Positions 12,423 through 25,315 of a DNA stretch of 64,000 nucleotides are shown piece after piece. The notes beneath the pieces were generated by a model. That model worked only from the letters and a program-made list of their open reading frames with translations. It had not been told where the DNA came from and did no database searches. Made by a program: the position numbers and the translations under genes. Where the stretch lies: positions 2,544,001 through 2,608,000 of the forward strand of contig CM119373.1 of NCBI GenBank assembly GCA_051294905.1, written 5' to 3'. This DNA comes from Botryllus schlosseri (lineage: Eukaryota). The stretch's first letter is position 1; every line of letters begins with the position of its first letter.

Positions 12423-14450
12423 TTTATTATTATTATTATATTCTTTATTCACAGTAAGAAACTGGTCAATACACACATAATCCGGGAAGCAACTTGCACC
12501 CAAAGGAAAATGGCGAGATTGGAGTAAATTTTTTAAAATTTCAGTAATGCAGTCAAATTGTTATTCCTATGCAATACATGTAGTCTAAGTCAGATTACAG
12601 AATTGCCGTAGATGAAGAATCGGCAAGGGTTACAGAGCAGAGGTAGAGATAATTGAAAATGAAGAATCGAAATTACAGAAATGATGCTGTGATTCACTAG
12701 TATAATTTTAGTCGAGTGGTGCATTCCAGTGTTGGGATGACTCGAGTCATGACTTGACTCGAGTCAGACTCGAGTCACCTTTTTCGTGTGACTTGACTTG
12801 ACTCGAGTCACTTTTCTAGAATGACTTGACTTGACTTGACTCGGCGTATCAAAAATGTGGATTGACTCGTGACTCGGAGCAAAATTCACGAGTCAATTTC
12901 AAGTCATCAAGTAATCGGTGTCGATAAAATTCATTGTATCTTGCATATGGTCGGATTGCTCGTGGAACGCTCGTGTAACCCGTGAGAGCGACTAAAAATT
13001 CAATGATCGTGCGTTTCACTGTGCCTTCATTGCTCTTTCCCAAATAAATTGACCGCAAACGAAGTGATCGAAGCTTATAGCTTACGATATCGTAAACTAG
13101 TATAGTAAAGTAATTTAATAGTAAAATGTGTATTTCTGTTTTCTGTTCTTACCTTAACCAAACCTCTTGGTTAATTGAAATTGAATTTGAATATAGTTTA
13201 TATAGTCATCAACCATTGGCGCAGGCTCGAATGTATATTGCACCTTATCAATACGTTTCTCTATTATCTATTTTGGCTGGTAACTATAAACTGAGGCTAT
13301 GCAATTACTTACGTAGTTTAGCAGTTCTACGTATGTGTGAGCGATACAGCGCCTACTTGCCTGTATATTTAACTCTATATTCGTTCATTGGTTCAGAATC
13401 AATGACCACTCAATCTGTATTTCAGACAGCCAGCAAAATGCAATGACATAATCATGCCTCATACTTCAAAAAGGCAACTTGACTTGAATTATGACTTGAC
13501 TCGTGACTTGACTTGACTTGACTCGATTTGACTCGAGTCACCTCCAATAATCGAGTGACTTGACTTGACTCGAGTCACCTTCGAAAATCGATTGACTTGA
13601 CTTGACTCGAGTCAAAATGTGCAATGACTCGAAATGACTCGTGACTCGAAGGTAGTGACTTGATCCCAACACTGGTGCATTCAACGCCTTCCGAAGAATA
13701 TGCACAGTGCCCAATAACGTGATCTTTTGGATCATGTCGAATCGAACGTTACCCGGAATCTGTCGGATATGTCTCATGAGCTTTTTGCTTACGACCCCTG
13801 TAGCGCCAATGACTATCGGTACTACGTAAATTTTGCATCGCCACATTTTCGCACATTCCATTTTGAGGTCTGCGTATTTGGACTGCTTTTCTGATTCTGT
13901 TTGTTGTATATTGTGATCAGCTGGGACAGCCAGTTCAATGAACAAGCATTCTCTTTTCTTTTTTAGCTTGATGATCATATCCGGGCGGTTGCTCCTGATT
14001 TCGCGGTCAGTTATAACTGGTACATCCCACAGAATTTTTACCTGGTCGTTTTCTGTCACTGGTGCTGGGCTGTAATCGTACCAATTTTTTGTCGAAGTGG
14101 TGATGTTAAAATGTTTGCATAATTCAAGATGAATGTAGTGCCCAATCCTATTGTGTCTCCATGTCTATTCGGTAGCTGCAAGTGCACCACAGCCGGACAT
14201 GAGATGTGCCACAGTTTTATTTTGGTTGTGGCACATTCTGCATTTGCCGTCTGTGTTTTGCTTCAGAATTCTTTTGCGATAGTATTTTGTAGGAAGCGAT
14301 TGGTCTTGTGCTGCGAAAATGAATCCTTCGCTTGCCGGTTTCAGACCAGAGCTGGATAGCCAGGTCTATGAAAGCTCGTCTACATGGGGCTGTGAAGTTA
14401 ACTTCTTGTGCTGTCCATGAAGAGGCATTGACTCCCAGATCGTTTCTCTC
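12423..14450 (-). mobile_element. 5'-truncated R4/Dong-like non-LTR retrotransposon (zinc knuckle + REL endonuclease), copy A; interrupted by MITE 12727-13674
   Basis: Translation EGFIFAAQDQ...CRMC...HLMSGC...RHN...KILWD...NRPD...IELAVP...EKQSKY...PIVIGATG, with one in-frame stop and a (TAA)n tail. Confidence 0.85.
12727..13674. mobile_element. Young hAT-type MITE with GACTTGACTCGAGTC subterminal repeats
   Basis: TIR CAGTGTTGGGAT, perfect TSD GTGCATTC. Inserted in the last codons of the LINE ORF. Confidence 0.92.
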
Positions 14451-14452
14451 AA

Positions 14453-15680
14453 TATTACTATATTCTTTATTCACAGTAAAACTGGTAGATACACACATAA
14501 TCCGGGGAGCAACCTGCCCCCAAAGGAAAATGGCGAGATTGGAGTAAATTTTTAAAATTTCAGTAATACATTCAAATTGTTATTCCTATGAAATACACGG
14601 AGAAGTCAGATTACAGAATTGCAGCAGTTGAAGAATTGGCAAGGGTTACAGAGGTAGAGATGATTGAAGATGAAGAATCGAAATTACAGAAATGATGCTG
14701 TGATTCACAAGTGTAATTTTAGTCCAGTGGTGCATTCAAGGCCTTCCGAAGAATGTGCACAGTGCCCAATAATGTGATCTTTTGGATCATGTCGAATCGA
14801 ACGTTACCCGGAATTTGTTGGATATGTCTCATGAGTTTTTTGCTCACGACCCCTGTAGCGCCAATGACTATCGGTACAATGTTTATTTTGCATCGCCACA
14901 TTTTCTCACTTTCCATTTTGAGGTCTGCGTATTTGGAGTGTTTTTCTGATTCTTTTTGCAGTAGGCTGTGATCAGCTGGGACAATGAATAAGCATTCTCT
15001 TTTCTTTTTTAGTTTGACGATTATATCCGGGCGGTTGCTTCTGACTTCGCGGTCAGTTATAACTAGGGCTGGGCAAAATCGAGTACCTGGGTGATTCGAT
15101 TCTGAATCATGTATTATGCTTCGAGTCGAGTATTCGAGTATCAGTAAATATGACGTCATAAAAGAATGCAATATATCCAAGTTCAAATATGTACCTTTTA
15201 TGCCACCATCAAGAATATTTGGCCTGTTATGCAACACCTTAGAGATACTTAGTATTTGTTTCGACCATTTCGATTTCATTGCACTTTGTGACGATGTTGT
15301 GGGATGACCATGACTTCGGAAATGTGCTATTTCCGGTAACGTTCATAGCTTTCTACTAATACTTTATAGTATAAGTAAAGTTTATACCGTGTTTCGTATG
15401 ATACGATACGGCCAGCCGTAGTTTCAAGGCTTCCAAAGTGAAAAATAGTATCGGAACTGTAACTCTCTTTGATAAATTAACTTTCAGTGACGAGGAGCAT
15501 ATAATTTCAGTACTCGAAAAAATCGCATTTTACTACTCGACTCGAATCATTAAAATTAATACTCGATTCAGATTCGAGTACTCGAATCATTGTGCCCAGC
15601 CTTAGATATAACTGGTACATCCCACAGAATTTTTACTTGTTCGTTTTCTGTCACCGGTGCTGGGCTGTAATCGTACCAAT
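14453..15680 (-). mobile_element. R4/Dong-like LINE 3' end, copy B; interrupted by MITE 15064-15604
   Basis: Closely similar to copy A REL domain and 3' UTR. Ends KALNAPLD*. Confidence 0.85.
15064..15604. mobile_element. MITE of the TAGGGCTGGGCA family
   Basis: TIRs present; TSD GTTATAAC / GATATAAC. Second copy at 49474-49989. Confidence 0.85.
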
Positions 15681-15747
15681 TTATTATTATTATTATTATT
15701 ATATTCTTTATTCACAGTAAAACTGGTAAATACACACATAATCCGGA
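15681..15747 (-). mobile_element. R4/Dong-like LINE 3' UTR stub, copy C, with (TAA)n tail
   Basis: Same terminal sequence as copies A and B. Confidence 0.75.
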
Positions 15748-17606
15748 GGGGGGGCTGACGAAGTGCTGTTTCGTTCCTGCCAACGGGTATACGCACGATG
15801 GTGTTTAATTATTATTGAGAGGCCCTACCTTTTCAAACACACCTCCCTCGGCAGCAGCAGAGAGTGGATAAAAATTTAAGGCAATATATATGCGATTCCC
15901 GATCATATTGACCGATTAAATCATGAATTACAGAAACTCTAGGCGATAAAAGCTGACTCACTAAATCGCCCCCAAAGCAGCATAATTGGTAGTCCTATAG
16001 CTCACGACCGAAGCGTCCGCATAATTTGATAGGACCGGTCTTTATCGAAAGCTAGTGTTGCACTGATTCCAAAAATACAAATTAAAATCTCGCCAGAGCA
16101 ATAAAACTACTGAACAATGGCAGCGCAGCAACACAATGACCAGAACAATGGCCAATGGCGTCAAGCGATTGATCGGAACCATGCCAATTTTCATGTTTTG
16201 ATGACTATTTTGGGTCCGTTTCATTGACCTGGTATTCGTGCGGCGCCGACCGTACTCTGAAATTCTAAATTTGGCCCTGACACCGAAAAAGGTTGGGAAC
16301 CACTGATTTAAACACAGTCATTCAAAATCGTGCGACGACTTTTTCTAGTGTGCTAACCACCTTTGCATAAACGCTGATATCAAGGCCTCATTTTCAAGTT
16401 ACCAACTTTCCAAATGCTACTCATAATTTGATTCCCGTGCCTGTAACGGTAAAGCATCTGCTCTGAAGCGCTAACCCCTTGCTCAACTACTAGTCAAGGA
16501 CGACACAACAGTTTCTCCGACATCACATCTCATCAAATAGTGCCAGATAGGTGACTGAGCAGAGACGTTGGAATTGTGATTTTAGAAGTTTCTTTTCAAC
16601 TAATCATGTTATTAATAATTAATCATACTAATATTTTCATCTACTAAATCACACAATGCGACACACATGACACACTGCGATATAATAAACACATAAATAT
16701 CATATCTATCAAGTATAATGTCTCAATATAAGATCCACCTCGGCAAAAAACATGATCGTTCGGCAATGTTCCTTTCTAGACGATTTTCCTTGCTATTTTC
16801 ATTTGAGTTCGTTTTATCTTACCTTGATCCTTTGATCATTTCCTTGATCAACCTCCGACACTTGCAAACGTGCTACTTCCAACCGTGAACTAACCAAGTA
16901 TAGGCCTACACCACAGTCATGCCATGTGTCATAAAGTATATGAAACACCGTGGGGACTTGGAATTTAGAAAAATTTTCAAGCATATTGTAATTTTTGGGT
17001 TGTGATTTTGCAGATAAGACCTTACCTTAAAACAGGGACATGAATGTGGTGATCGCAGTTGTATTGGTAACTTCTACATATATAACAGCTGAAATATTGG
17101 GATTACAGTTTGTAGCGATTAAACTAAAATTATACTTGACCAATATTAGTGCAACATCATCATGGAACTCTGTCAATCAGACATACTCTGAGTACATTCA
17201 TGACGTCACAAAGCTATTAGTTGACTAGAAAGATTTCGGTATAATATTCTTGCTAATTATTTGCAATACAGAGACATGTACCTATGTCTCCTATTCAATA
17301 TTTAGTGGGATATAGCCAACGGGCTACTAGTAAAAAGCAAGCTGTTTCTGCGAGAGTATGCTAAGCTAACACAGGAAAGCGTAAGTAAACTACCATACTA
17401 CAAATAATGGACTAACAGATACTTGTCTGTGTGCAGTACATAGAAATGGTCGTTGCGTATAATGAGTCGATCCCAAAAAAATCTAGTTCGTAAGGCTTGC
17501 ACATGTCAACCATTTCGTAGGTAGTGAATTAAAAGGATAAACCCGAAAACGGATGGATTCATGAAGTTACTCACCTAAAGCAAATATAAACGTGCTTAGA
17601 ATTTAA

Positions 17607-18273
17607 CAGTGTTGGGATCAAGTCACTACCTTCGAGTCACGAGTCATTTCGAGTCATTGCACATTTTGACTCGAGTCAAGTCAAGTCAATCGATTTTCGA
17701 AGGTGACTCGAGTCAAGTCAAGTCACTCGATTATTGGAGGTGACTCGAGTCAAATCGAGTCAAGTCAAGTCAAGTCACGAGTCAAGTCATAATTCAAGTC
17801 AAGTTGCCTTTTTGAAGTATGAGGCATGATTATGTCATTGCATTTTGCTGGCTGTCTGAAATACAGATTGAGTGGTCATTGATTCTGAACCAATGAACGA
17901 ATATAGAGTTAAATATACAGGCAAGTAGGCGCTGTATCGCTCACACATACGTAGAACTGCTAAACTACGTAAGTAATTGCATAGCCTCAGTTTATAGTTA
18001 CCAGCCAAAATAGATAATAGAGAAACGTATTGATAAGGTGCAATATACATTCGAGCCTGCGCCAATGGTTGATGACTATATAAACTATATTCGAATTCAA
18101 TTTCAATTAACCAAGAGGTTTGGTTAAGGTAAGAACAGAAAACAGAAATACACATTTTACTATTAAATTACTTTACTATACTAGTTTACGATATCGTAAG
18201 CTATAAGCTTCGATCACTTCGTTTGCGGTCAATTTATTTGGGAAAGAGCAATGAAGGCACAGTGAAACGCACG
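17607..18273. mobile_element. One-ended inverted copy of MITE 12727-13674
   Basis: Reverse complement of 13008-13674. Only one substitution noticed by eye, and the spurious 106-aa ORF is identical in both copies. Confidence 0.92.
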
Positions 18274-19346
18274 CAATTTAATAGATAAAAATCCCAACGT
18301 AGCAACCAGAAAATGACCCTCATTATCCTTTACCTGCTATGCTCTACTACGTTTTTCAAAAACATTTGCCAAATATTGATTTGGAAAAAATATCTCATGC
18401 AACAAATATGTCCGATTGTCCGTAGAGTGAATTTTTGAGCGCTATTGAAGTGAAATTTTGTAAATTAGAATTTATGGCAATTGTTTATTTATATCTAAAT
18501 GTGGAAGATAAACTTGTTCCGCTGGATGATATTAATATGGTGACATAGCATTGAATTTTTCACGGAACATCTTCATCAATAATGCATGCTTGAGAACCAT
18601 TCTTGTATCCGGAAATTGAAGATATTCGGCCTGTAGAAATAAACGAAAACAAAATCACCACAAGTAGTTTATAATATCCATAACAAGTTATTCGAGAAGT
18701 TATTTACGAGAATTTTAAAAGTGACGTATAACAGGGGTGATTATACAAAATGCACGATTCACTATTTTTTGTGGGATATATATCACAAATTCGCCACGGC
18801 AATATGCAACAATGGATGCGAAACAAATTGCGTTATCAACTGGTCTGGCCCACAAGCAACCGACAGATATTCAGGCTCGCAAATCCTCTGAGTTTGACAT
18901 CCGTGTGCAAGAGTGTTCCTCCGGAAGAACTTCTTTATTGAACACCTGTTTTTATGAGATCAATATACGACATTCCGCTTCAATCTCCAACCAGAGTCAG
19001 TGATATCGTTCGGATGGTATCCGGACGAAACGGCGAGACATTCAAAATTGCGAGCCGTTCGGAATCGAGAGTGTCAGAACAGTGAGTGAGCCACGCAAAA
19101 TATAGAGTTGTTATAGTTGGGATTAGGAATAAGGCCGCGTTATATTTGGTTAAGGTTTGGAGTCGCGTTAGCCTTGTGTTGCGGCTAGGTGTGAGATTAT
19201 AGCTATTGGAGTCAATTTGAATGACTAACTATTTTTCTTCGCTTTAAATTATAATACTCGCTGTTTTTACATTCCTTGTTTTGAATGCCACTCTGTTATG
19301 ATACTTGCTGTTTTGACCTCGCCAGTTTGACACTCTGTGTTTTGAT

Positions 19347-20935
19347 CAGGGCTTTGGATCCGGATCCGGAGCAAGGAGCCGGAGCCCCGGAACCGTGCAT
19401 TTTAAGCGGAGCCGGAGCTGGAGCCGAAGCTCAACATAAAATTCAAGAGGATCCGGAGCTGGAGCTCGAGCCGGTTGTATCAACAGTAGCTCCGGCTCCG
19501 ATATATTTCATAAGATGCTATGCTTTTACCGAAGGCTGAATTCACATAATTTGACGATAATCGTTCAAAATATTGAGAATTGTTGCCTCGTTGGCACCAC
19601 CTTTTTTAACTAACCATGTTTAAATGTTCATATACATGCGCCAAACCTGGGCAGGCTGGATTTGCCGCGCTTACACCGTAATTACTGTATTACAGGTATA
19701 CCCTCAAATCAGCAAACACCGATGGCCAATTCTGTGGTTCGAAAAATAATGAAAACCATGCATGCCACAAAACGGGATTGTTGCTTATGTGAGATGAGCA
19801 CCATACCCAATTAGCATTGAGACGAATATATAAGCGACGCCATAGGATATAACCATGACATTGCTGCCCATGTGGATTTAGGGGCGCACATGCCGCACGC
19901 CGAGAAACATTGTCTTCTTTCTGAATTTTACGTGCAAATCCCCGTTCTTCGATGAAAGTTTTTTAATGGTAGCGCAAAATTGGATATTGAGTTATCGTTT
20001 TCGCCTATGAATTGAAATTAATCCAAGCGCACGATCGTTTACTCCAGTAACGATTTGCGAACGTAAATAGGGAAATGCATCGAATCAGCCCAAGATCGCT
20101 ATTATAGCCTACAATTGCCGCGATGCGAACTATTCAATGCGGTCTCCGAACCCTGCCTTGGTGTTGAATATTAGAGGGCAATTGGTGACTGGAACCGCGC
20201 TCTCCATATTCTAATCATCAATTTTGTGTATTCATTCTTTTCTGCTTGATACACTCGTATTCCTGAATTGTCACGCAATCTCAGAGCTTGCAGTATAATT
20301 GGTTACTGACTTGTACAGTGTATGACATTGACTTAAAGTTCTCAAATATTGATGCACCACCACTAATTGCGAGCAAGTTTATTCGATTCGTTTGAAGGGG
20401 AAACTTCTATACTCCACTAAACTTGATCGACGACGGACTGGTAACGAGCGCACCAATAACGAATTTGAAGCCAATAGGTATATTTGAAAAAAGTGGATTT
20501 CTGCTGATAAGGTCGCAATATGCGCTAATTTCTGCAGTTACATCTGAACAAATAGCATCATTTCAAGATTAAATTGGACTGCATCACTTGATATTGACGA
20601 GCGCAGTACCGGTATTAAAACATTACATCACTGTTTTAATGTTGTATCATGTGTACAATGTACATGCAATTGCAGGGAGTAAATTGCGTTCTCGTGCGGA
20701 TATGACGCCATCGACAGACGACACGAAGTAATTATTACGTCACAGGACTTTGCATACACCGACAAAATGATGGCTGCATGCGACGGCGACAACAGAGTCA
20801 TAGTTGCCGGAGCCGAAGCTGGAGCCGGGGCAGTTGTATCAATGAGCTCCGGAACTGGGAGCCGTTGATAAGTCGTCGTAGAAGAGAGCGCCGAAGCTGG
20901 AGCAGTATAAAATTTACGACTGCTCCAAAGCCCTG
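19347..20935. mobile_element. Non-autonomous hAT-type element with GGAGCC subterminal repeats
   Basis: TIRs CAGGGCTTTGGA / TCCAAAGCCCTG, TSD GTTTTGAT / GTTTTGAC. Confidence 0.88.
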
Positions 20936-21401
20936 GTTTTGACACTAGCTATTTCTGAAAATTCAATATCCTAAACGCGAGCTGTTTCAAATGACACCAA
21001 GTGTACTAATAGATGACTACTCCGGCAATAACTTACGCTACACCGTCGGGTTATATAGGCCTACACCATACAGGAAGGCGAAAATCGATAGTTCTCCAAT
21101 TAGCATTGTGACGTCACTTGGCATCGTACATGTTCATGTTGGCAGCGAGACTTTTTAACGTTAGCATTACGAAATTCGAATCCAACCTTTGAGTTTTCGA
21201 GCTGCAACGTGTCTTCCAGTCTCTGACTCCATCTAGCATCAATGATCCACTTATGTAAAGTCAGTCTTTCTACAGCAAATTTCATCAGGTCGCAAAGAGC
21301 TGATATGAGATCTTCACTGGCAGTCGAATGTGACCAATCAATCTCAATTGACTTAATGTGAAACAAACATGACGGAGCGTGCGTTATTATCTTATATACA
21401 T

Positions 21402-22064
21402 TAGGGCTCTTCAAAAATGACTTTTTTTCTCAAATCGTACTGGCTACTTGATAAAATTGTTAGGTTACCTAATTTAAGCCTACACACAAAATTTGGTTCT
21501 ATTCCAGCCTGTAACCGCTTTGCTACAGGAGATGAAAGTTTCTATTTATTATATAAAAATAAGTAATAAAAAATTTGAAAATTTTCTGTTTACCCGATGA
21601 AAGTGTTAGGCTGTCTATAGAAACTATGCTCACCGAATTTGGTTCAATTCCAACCAGCGGAAGCGGAGTTATTGCCGTCGACAAATTTGGATTTGAATAA
21701 AATAGTATTTACGGTGAGCAGAATTATAATAAATAAACAAAGAATCGGTCACCGTAAATACTATTTTATTCAAATCCAAATTTGTCGACGGCAATAACTC
21801 CGCTTCCACTGGTTGGAATTGAACCAAATTTGGCCAGCATAGTTTCTATAGACAGCCGAACGCTTTCATGGGGTGAACAGAAAATTTTCAAATTTTTTAT
21901 TATTTATTTTTATATAATAAATAGAAACTTTCTTCTCCTGTAGCAAAGCGGTTACTGGCTGGAATTGAACCAAATTTTGTGTGTAGGCTTAAATTAGGTA
22001 ACCCAACAGTTTTATCAAGTAGCCAGTACGATTTGAGAAAAAAAGTCATTTTTGAAGAGCCCTA
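21402..22064. mobile_element. Foldback MITE with about 315-bp inverted arms and about 30-bp spacer
   Basis: TAGGGCTCTTC...GAAGAGCCCTA, perfect TSD ATATACAT. Another copy begins at 63845. Confidence 0.93.
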
Positions 22065-22091
22065 ATATACATATTGTATAATCATATAGAG

Positions 22092-23316
22092 CAGTGGTCG
22101 GGAGCATATGGCTTGCGAGCCATATATGGCTCTTTTGGGTACAAAATGTGGCTCTTTGCCACATATTCATTTTTGTTCTGAATTGATCAATATTGCAGCT
22201 ACCTGTTAGTAAATTTTCATCTCGGCCAGAATAATTATTCTCGTGACAGTATAAACATGTTGTTGGGAGGTATCGACAATGCCGTTTCCAGTTTAGGGGC
22301 TCGAGACCCTATTTCAAAATCCTCAAATGTAAGTTGCTGTTTCGCCGGCGACCAATGTCACTCGCGAGTCGCGAATTCGACGTACCCGACTTGGATTGCA
22401 CGATACGTTGATTGATCAAAGACGATAGCAGACATGTCGAAGTTTATAAGACAACGCAGTTTTCAAAAACGCATTGTCTTCATGATCAAGGTCGCAAAAT
22501 GAACGAGATAGCGCAATGGTACGAAGCGCGGCTGCAACACCAATGAGTGCGGGTTCGAGTCCGACCAATGTCAACTCGACTCCAGAATTTCGATACCTAA
22601 GTGTTGGAGGTTTACCTAGGCTCCTCCTCACCACCTCATCCGCGTAAGCGTTGTCTTACAAAGTGACTAGAGGTGGGCCGGCTATAAGTCGGCAGTAAAT
22701 GACCATAGTAGTCGACAAACACCATGAATACCACAGCAACAAACAAACTGTCGTTGTCGTTTGATTCACAATTGCGAACAACGTCATAGCTATCCACGTT
22801 CTTGATTGGTAAGCAGCGCTGTAGTGCCGACGGTGGAGTTTAGGCGTGTGGCGCAACGTTATATTTATAACACCGAATGCTTTGAGAAAAGAAGTCTACC
22901 AGTATTTAGATTTTCGGACTCGTTACAGTTATATTCGATTAATATCAGCAGTTGTGATAGATTCTAAGCTATTTACGATGAATTGCGTTACCATTTCATG
23001 TGCCTTACATCTCGCATCGCGCTTTATTTTCGAATAATAAATATGAAAATTGTGAGATTTTGGGAAATGAAATGTGAAATGTGCAAAATCGTGTCATTAA
23101 TGAACATCGATAGAAAATACCATTAATAATTGACCCGACATCAATGATGTATCACAGCTTAGAGTGGGTATAATATATACTGCTGTAGTTCTACAATGAC
23201 GTCACGGAATTTCAATTGTGATGTAACAGCTGATTGACATGTATGACTCTTTACTGGTCAAAATGGAAAAATAGGGACAGTATGGCTCTTTACACAAAAA
23301 AGGGTCCCGACCACTA
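22092..23316. mobile_element. hAT MITE containing a SINE
   Basis: Ends CAGTGGTCGGGA / TCCCGACCACTA, TSD ATATAGAG. Confidence 0.85.
22504..22748 (+). mobile_element. tRNA-derived SINE
   Basis: A-box TAGCGCAATGGT, B-box GGTTCGAGTCC, (CAAA)n tail. Further copies at 29661-29933 (+), 45513-45640 (+, 3' half), 53361-53600 (-) and 62226-63390 (-, split). Confidence 0.8.
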
Positions 23317-24187
23317 ATATAGAGCTATGGTATTAGATACCCCAGAAAGTTTAGAGTAGGCCAAATATTGCGTGGAGCAGTTACTTTATTATTCCTCCTA
23401 CTGACAATTTAACTTTGGTTTTGAAAAATGAACGCTGATAGAACATTATTTTTTTGTAATCGAAGATTATTAATATTATTATTATTGTTATTACAAATAT
23501 GAGTGGTGCTTTTCGCCATTTATGGCCTTGTGCGCCACGGTCGTCAGGAAATTCAAATCAAGCTGTAACTAAATGAACTTATTACAACTTATCACGAACT
23601 CAGCGACGGCGGTGGACAATTGCGATGACGAGAGTAGGTTGCGTATGGTGAACGGCATATGTATAGTCATCTACATTGGGTGTCCACTGTCCATTTACTG
23701 ACCCAGCTATTCTCATCTAGACGCGCGAAGCGCGAAAAGTTTCAATAATTAATGATTGAATTGGTCAATATGATCGGGAATTGTATGTATATTGATATCA
23801 ATTTTCATGCTCTCTCTTCTCACGTAAACAGATTTACCGGTAGAGCTGAGTGATGTGTGATTGAAAAGGTAGGACCCCTCAATAATAATTATACATCTTT
23901 GGGCGTATACCCGTTTGCAGGAACGAAACGGCACTTCATCGGGCCCGCCGAAAAAACTTGGGTCTTGGGCTCCCATATGGTGATGGACCGACCGCCCCCC
24001 ATCGCGTTGTTCGCTTTTGCCACGAAATTAGCTGTACTGTTTAGCGAGCCAATGCGAAGCGCGAAAACTTTCGATAATTCATGATAAAATCGGTCAGTAA
24101 GATCGGGAATTGCATATATATATTGCTCTCAAATCCTTATCATCTCTGCTCACGTTGCCAGATTTACCGGTAGAGCTGAATGAGGTG

Positions 24188-24372
24188 CAATGTTCCCTCT
24201 ATGCTGCGCACGTGCGCAGTGCTGACACGGTCTCTGCGCACAGAAAATCTATGTTGCGCACAACAAATCCGAAGTTATGACCTTTTTTTAGTCGTTACGC
24301 ACTGTTTTCCAATGGTCTGAGAAGTGAGTTGTTCAGTGTGCGCAGACTCATCAAAACGTAGAGCGAACATTG
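24188..24372. mobile_element. Short MITE (CAATGTTCCCTCTA...GAACATTG)
   Basis: Flanking duplication TGAGGTG. Related copies at about 637-798 and 52051-52234. Confidence 0.8.
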
Positions 24373-24933
24373 TGAGGTGTCTTGGAAACTGTAGTGCCCG
24401 TAACTAATAATTAAACATATTCGGGCGGGCGAACCCGTTGGTATGACTTCGTTGCATGATGTTATTTCGTGACCCCTGTCTGTTATATCAAAAAATATAG
24501 AATCGCCCAACAGGAATATCTAGTCTTAGATATCCCAGTCGCCCAATCGTACCAAACTAAAAGACGCACAAGAATTCAAATTGGTATTTCTTCACTGGCA
24601 TATAATTTTTCCCCGCCAGATGGAATTCCTCTTCTGGGGCTCATATTGCAAAGACAGGAACATTCGGTGCCAGTCATTTAGGCGCCCATGGACAATTAAA
24701 CCTGTCTTTTGTAGGCTATATATAACGAAGTTTTCGGTGTTAATTTGCTCTGAATACTCATTAAGGATATGTTCTACCACCACATCATCTACTGCGAAGC
24801 CATTTTTCTCCAGCGCCCCCCATACCGCCCCACTGAGCCCAGCGCCCCCCATTTCGCTCCCTGAGCGTTTCCGCCCCCTTCAAAATCGCCAGCGCCCCTT
24901 GGGGGGCGCTGGAGGCAAGGTTAAGAATCACTG

Positions 24934-25315
24934 ATTTAGACTATGTGCTAAGACTTCGAGGACTTGAATATTAAACTACTATATTCGAGTAAAAGTAGCA
25001 AAATGATGTATCCGGTGATGATGTAGAAGCTGCCACAGTAATGTCAATGCCATACGGTTCGCTTCACATCATTCTTTTATCAACAAGATCAATATATGTT
25101 CGGATGGAGGGTTTCCTATAATCAAAACTTATAACTAACCATATGTCATGATAATCAATGGAATTTATTCTGCTGGCATCATGCCGCCTTATAAAGTATA
25201 TTAGTAGCGCAATTAGGCCGGAAGAAGCCGTGATGAAGTACAGGCGTGTTTTATAGGTGGAAATCTCCCCTTTCCGAAAACTGTATAACAGGCTTCACAT
25301 TTCCATCACTCCACA
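24934..25315 (+). pseudogene. Orphan promoter/TSS of the secreted peptide gene family (no coding exon follows)
   Basis: Collinear with the reverse complement of 51315-51730, including CTGTATAA (TATA-like) and CACTCCACA (putative TSS). Replaced immediately afterwards by a hAT remnant (25316-25935). Confidence 0.8.

Larger units (their letters stand above)
11004..16305. mobile_element. hAT MITE expanded by nested insertions (same family as 39470-41355, opposite orientation)
   Basis: TIRs CAGTGATTCCCAACC / GGTTGGGAACCACTG, perfect TSD ATTTAAAC. Confidence 0.85.

Noticed and set aside
13126..13446. 106-aa ORF duplicated identically at 17835-18155
   Set aside because: It lies inside a young MITE. 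Identity reflects recent copying, and there are no protein motifs.
14719..15279. 186-aa ORF as a single gene
   Set aside because: Chimera of MITE sequence fused in frame to a LINE REL fragment.
22504..22565. tRNA gene
   Set aside because: A and B boxes are present but the acceptor stem is not convincing, and it continues into a shared SINE body in several diverged copies.
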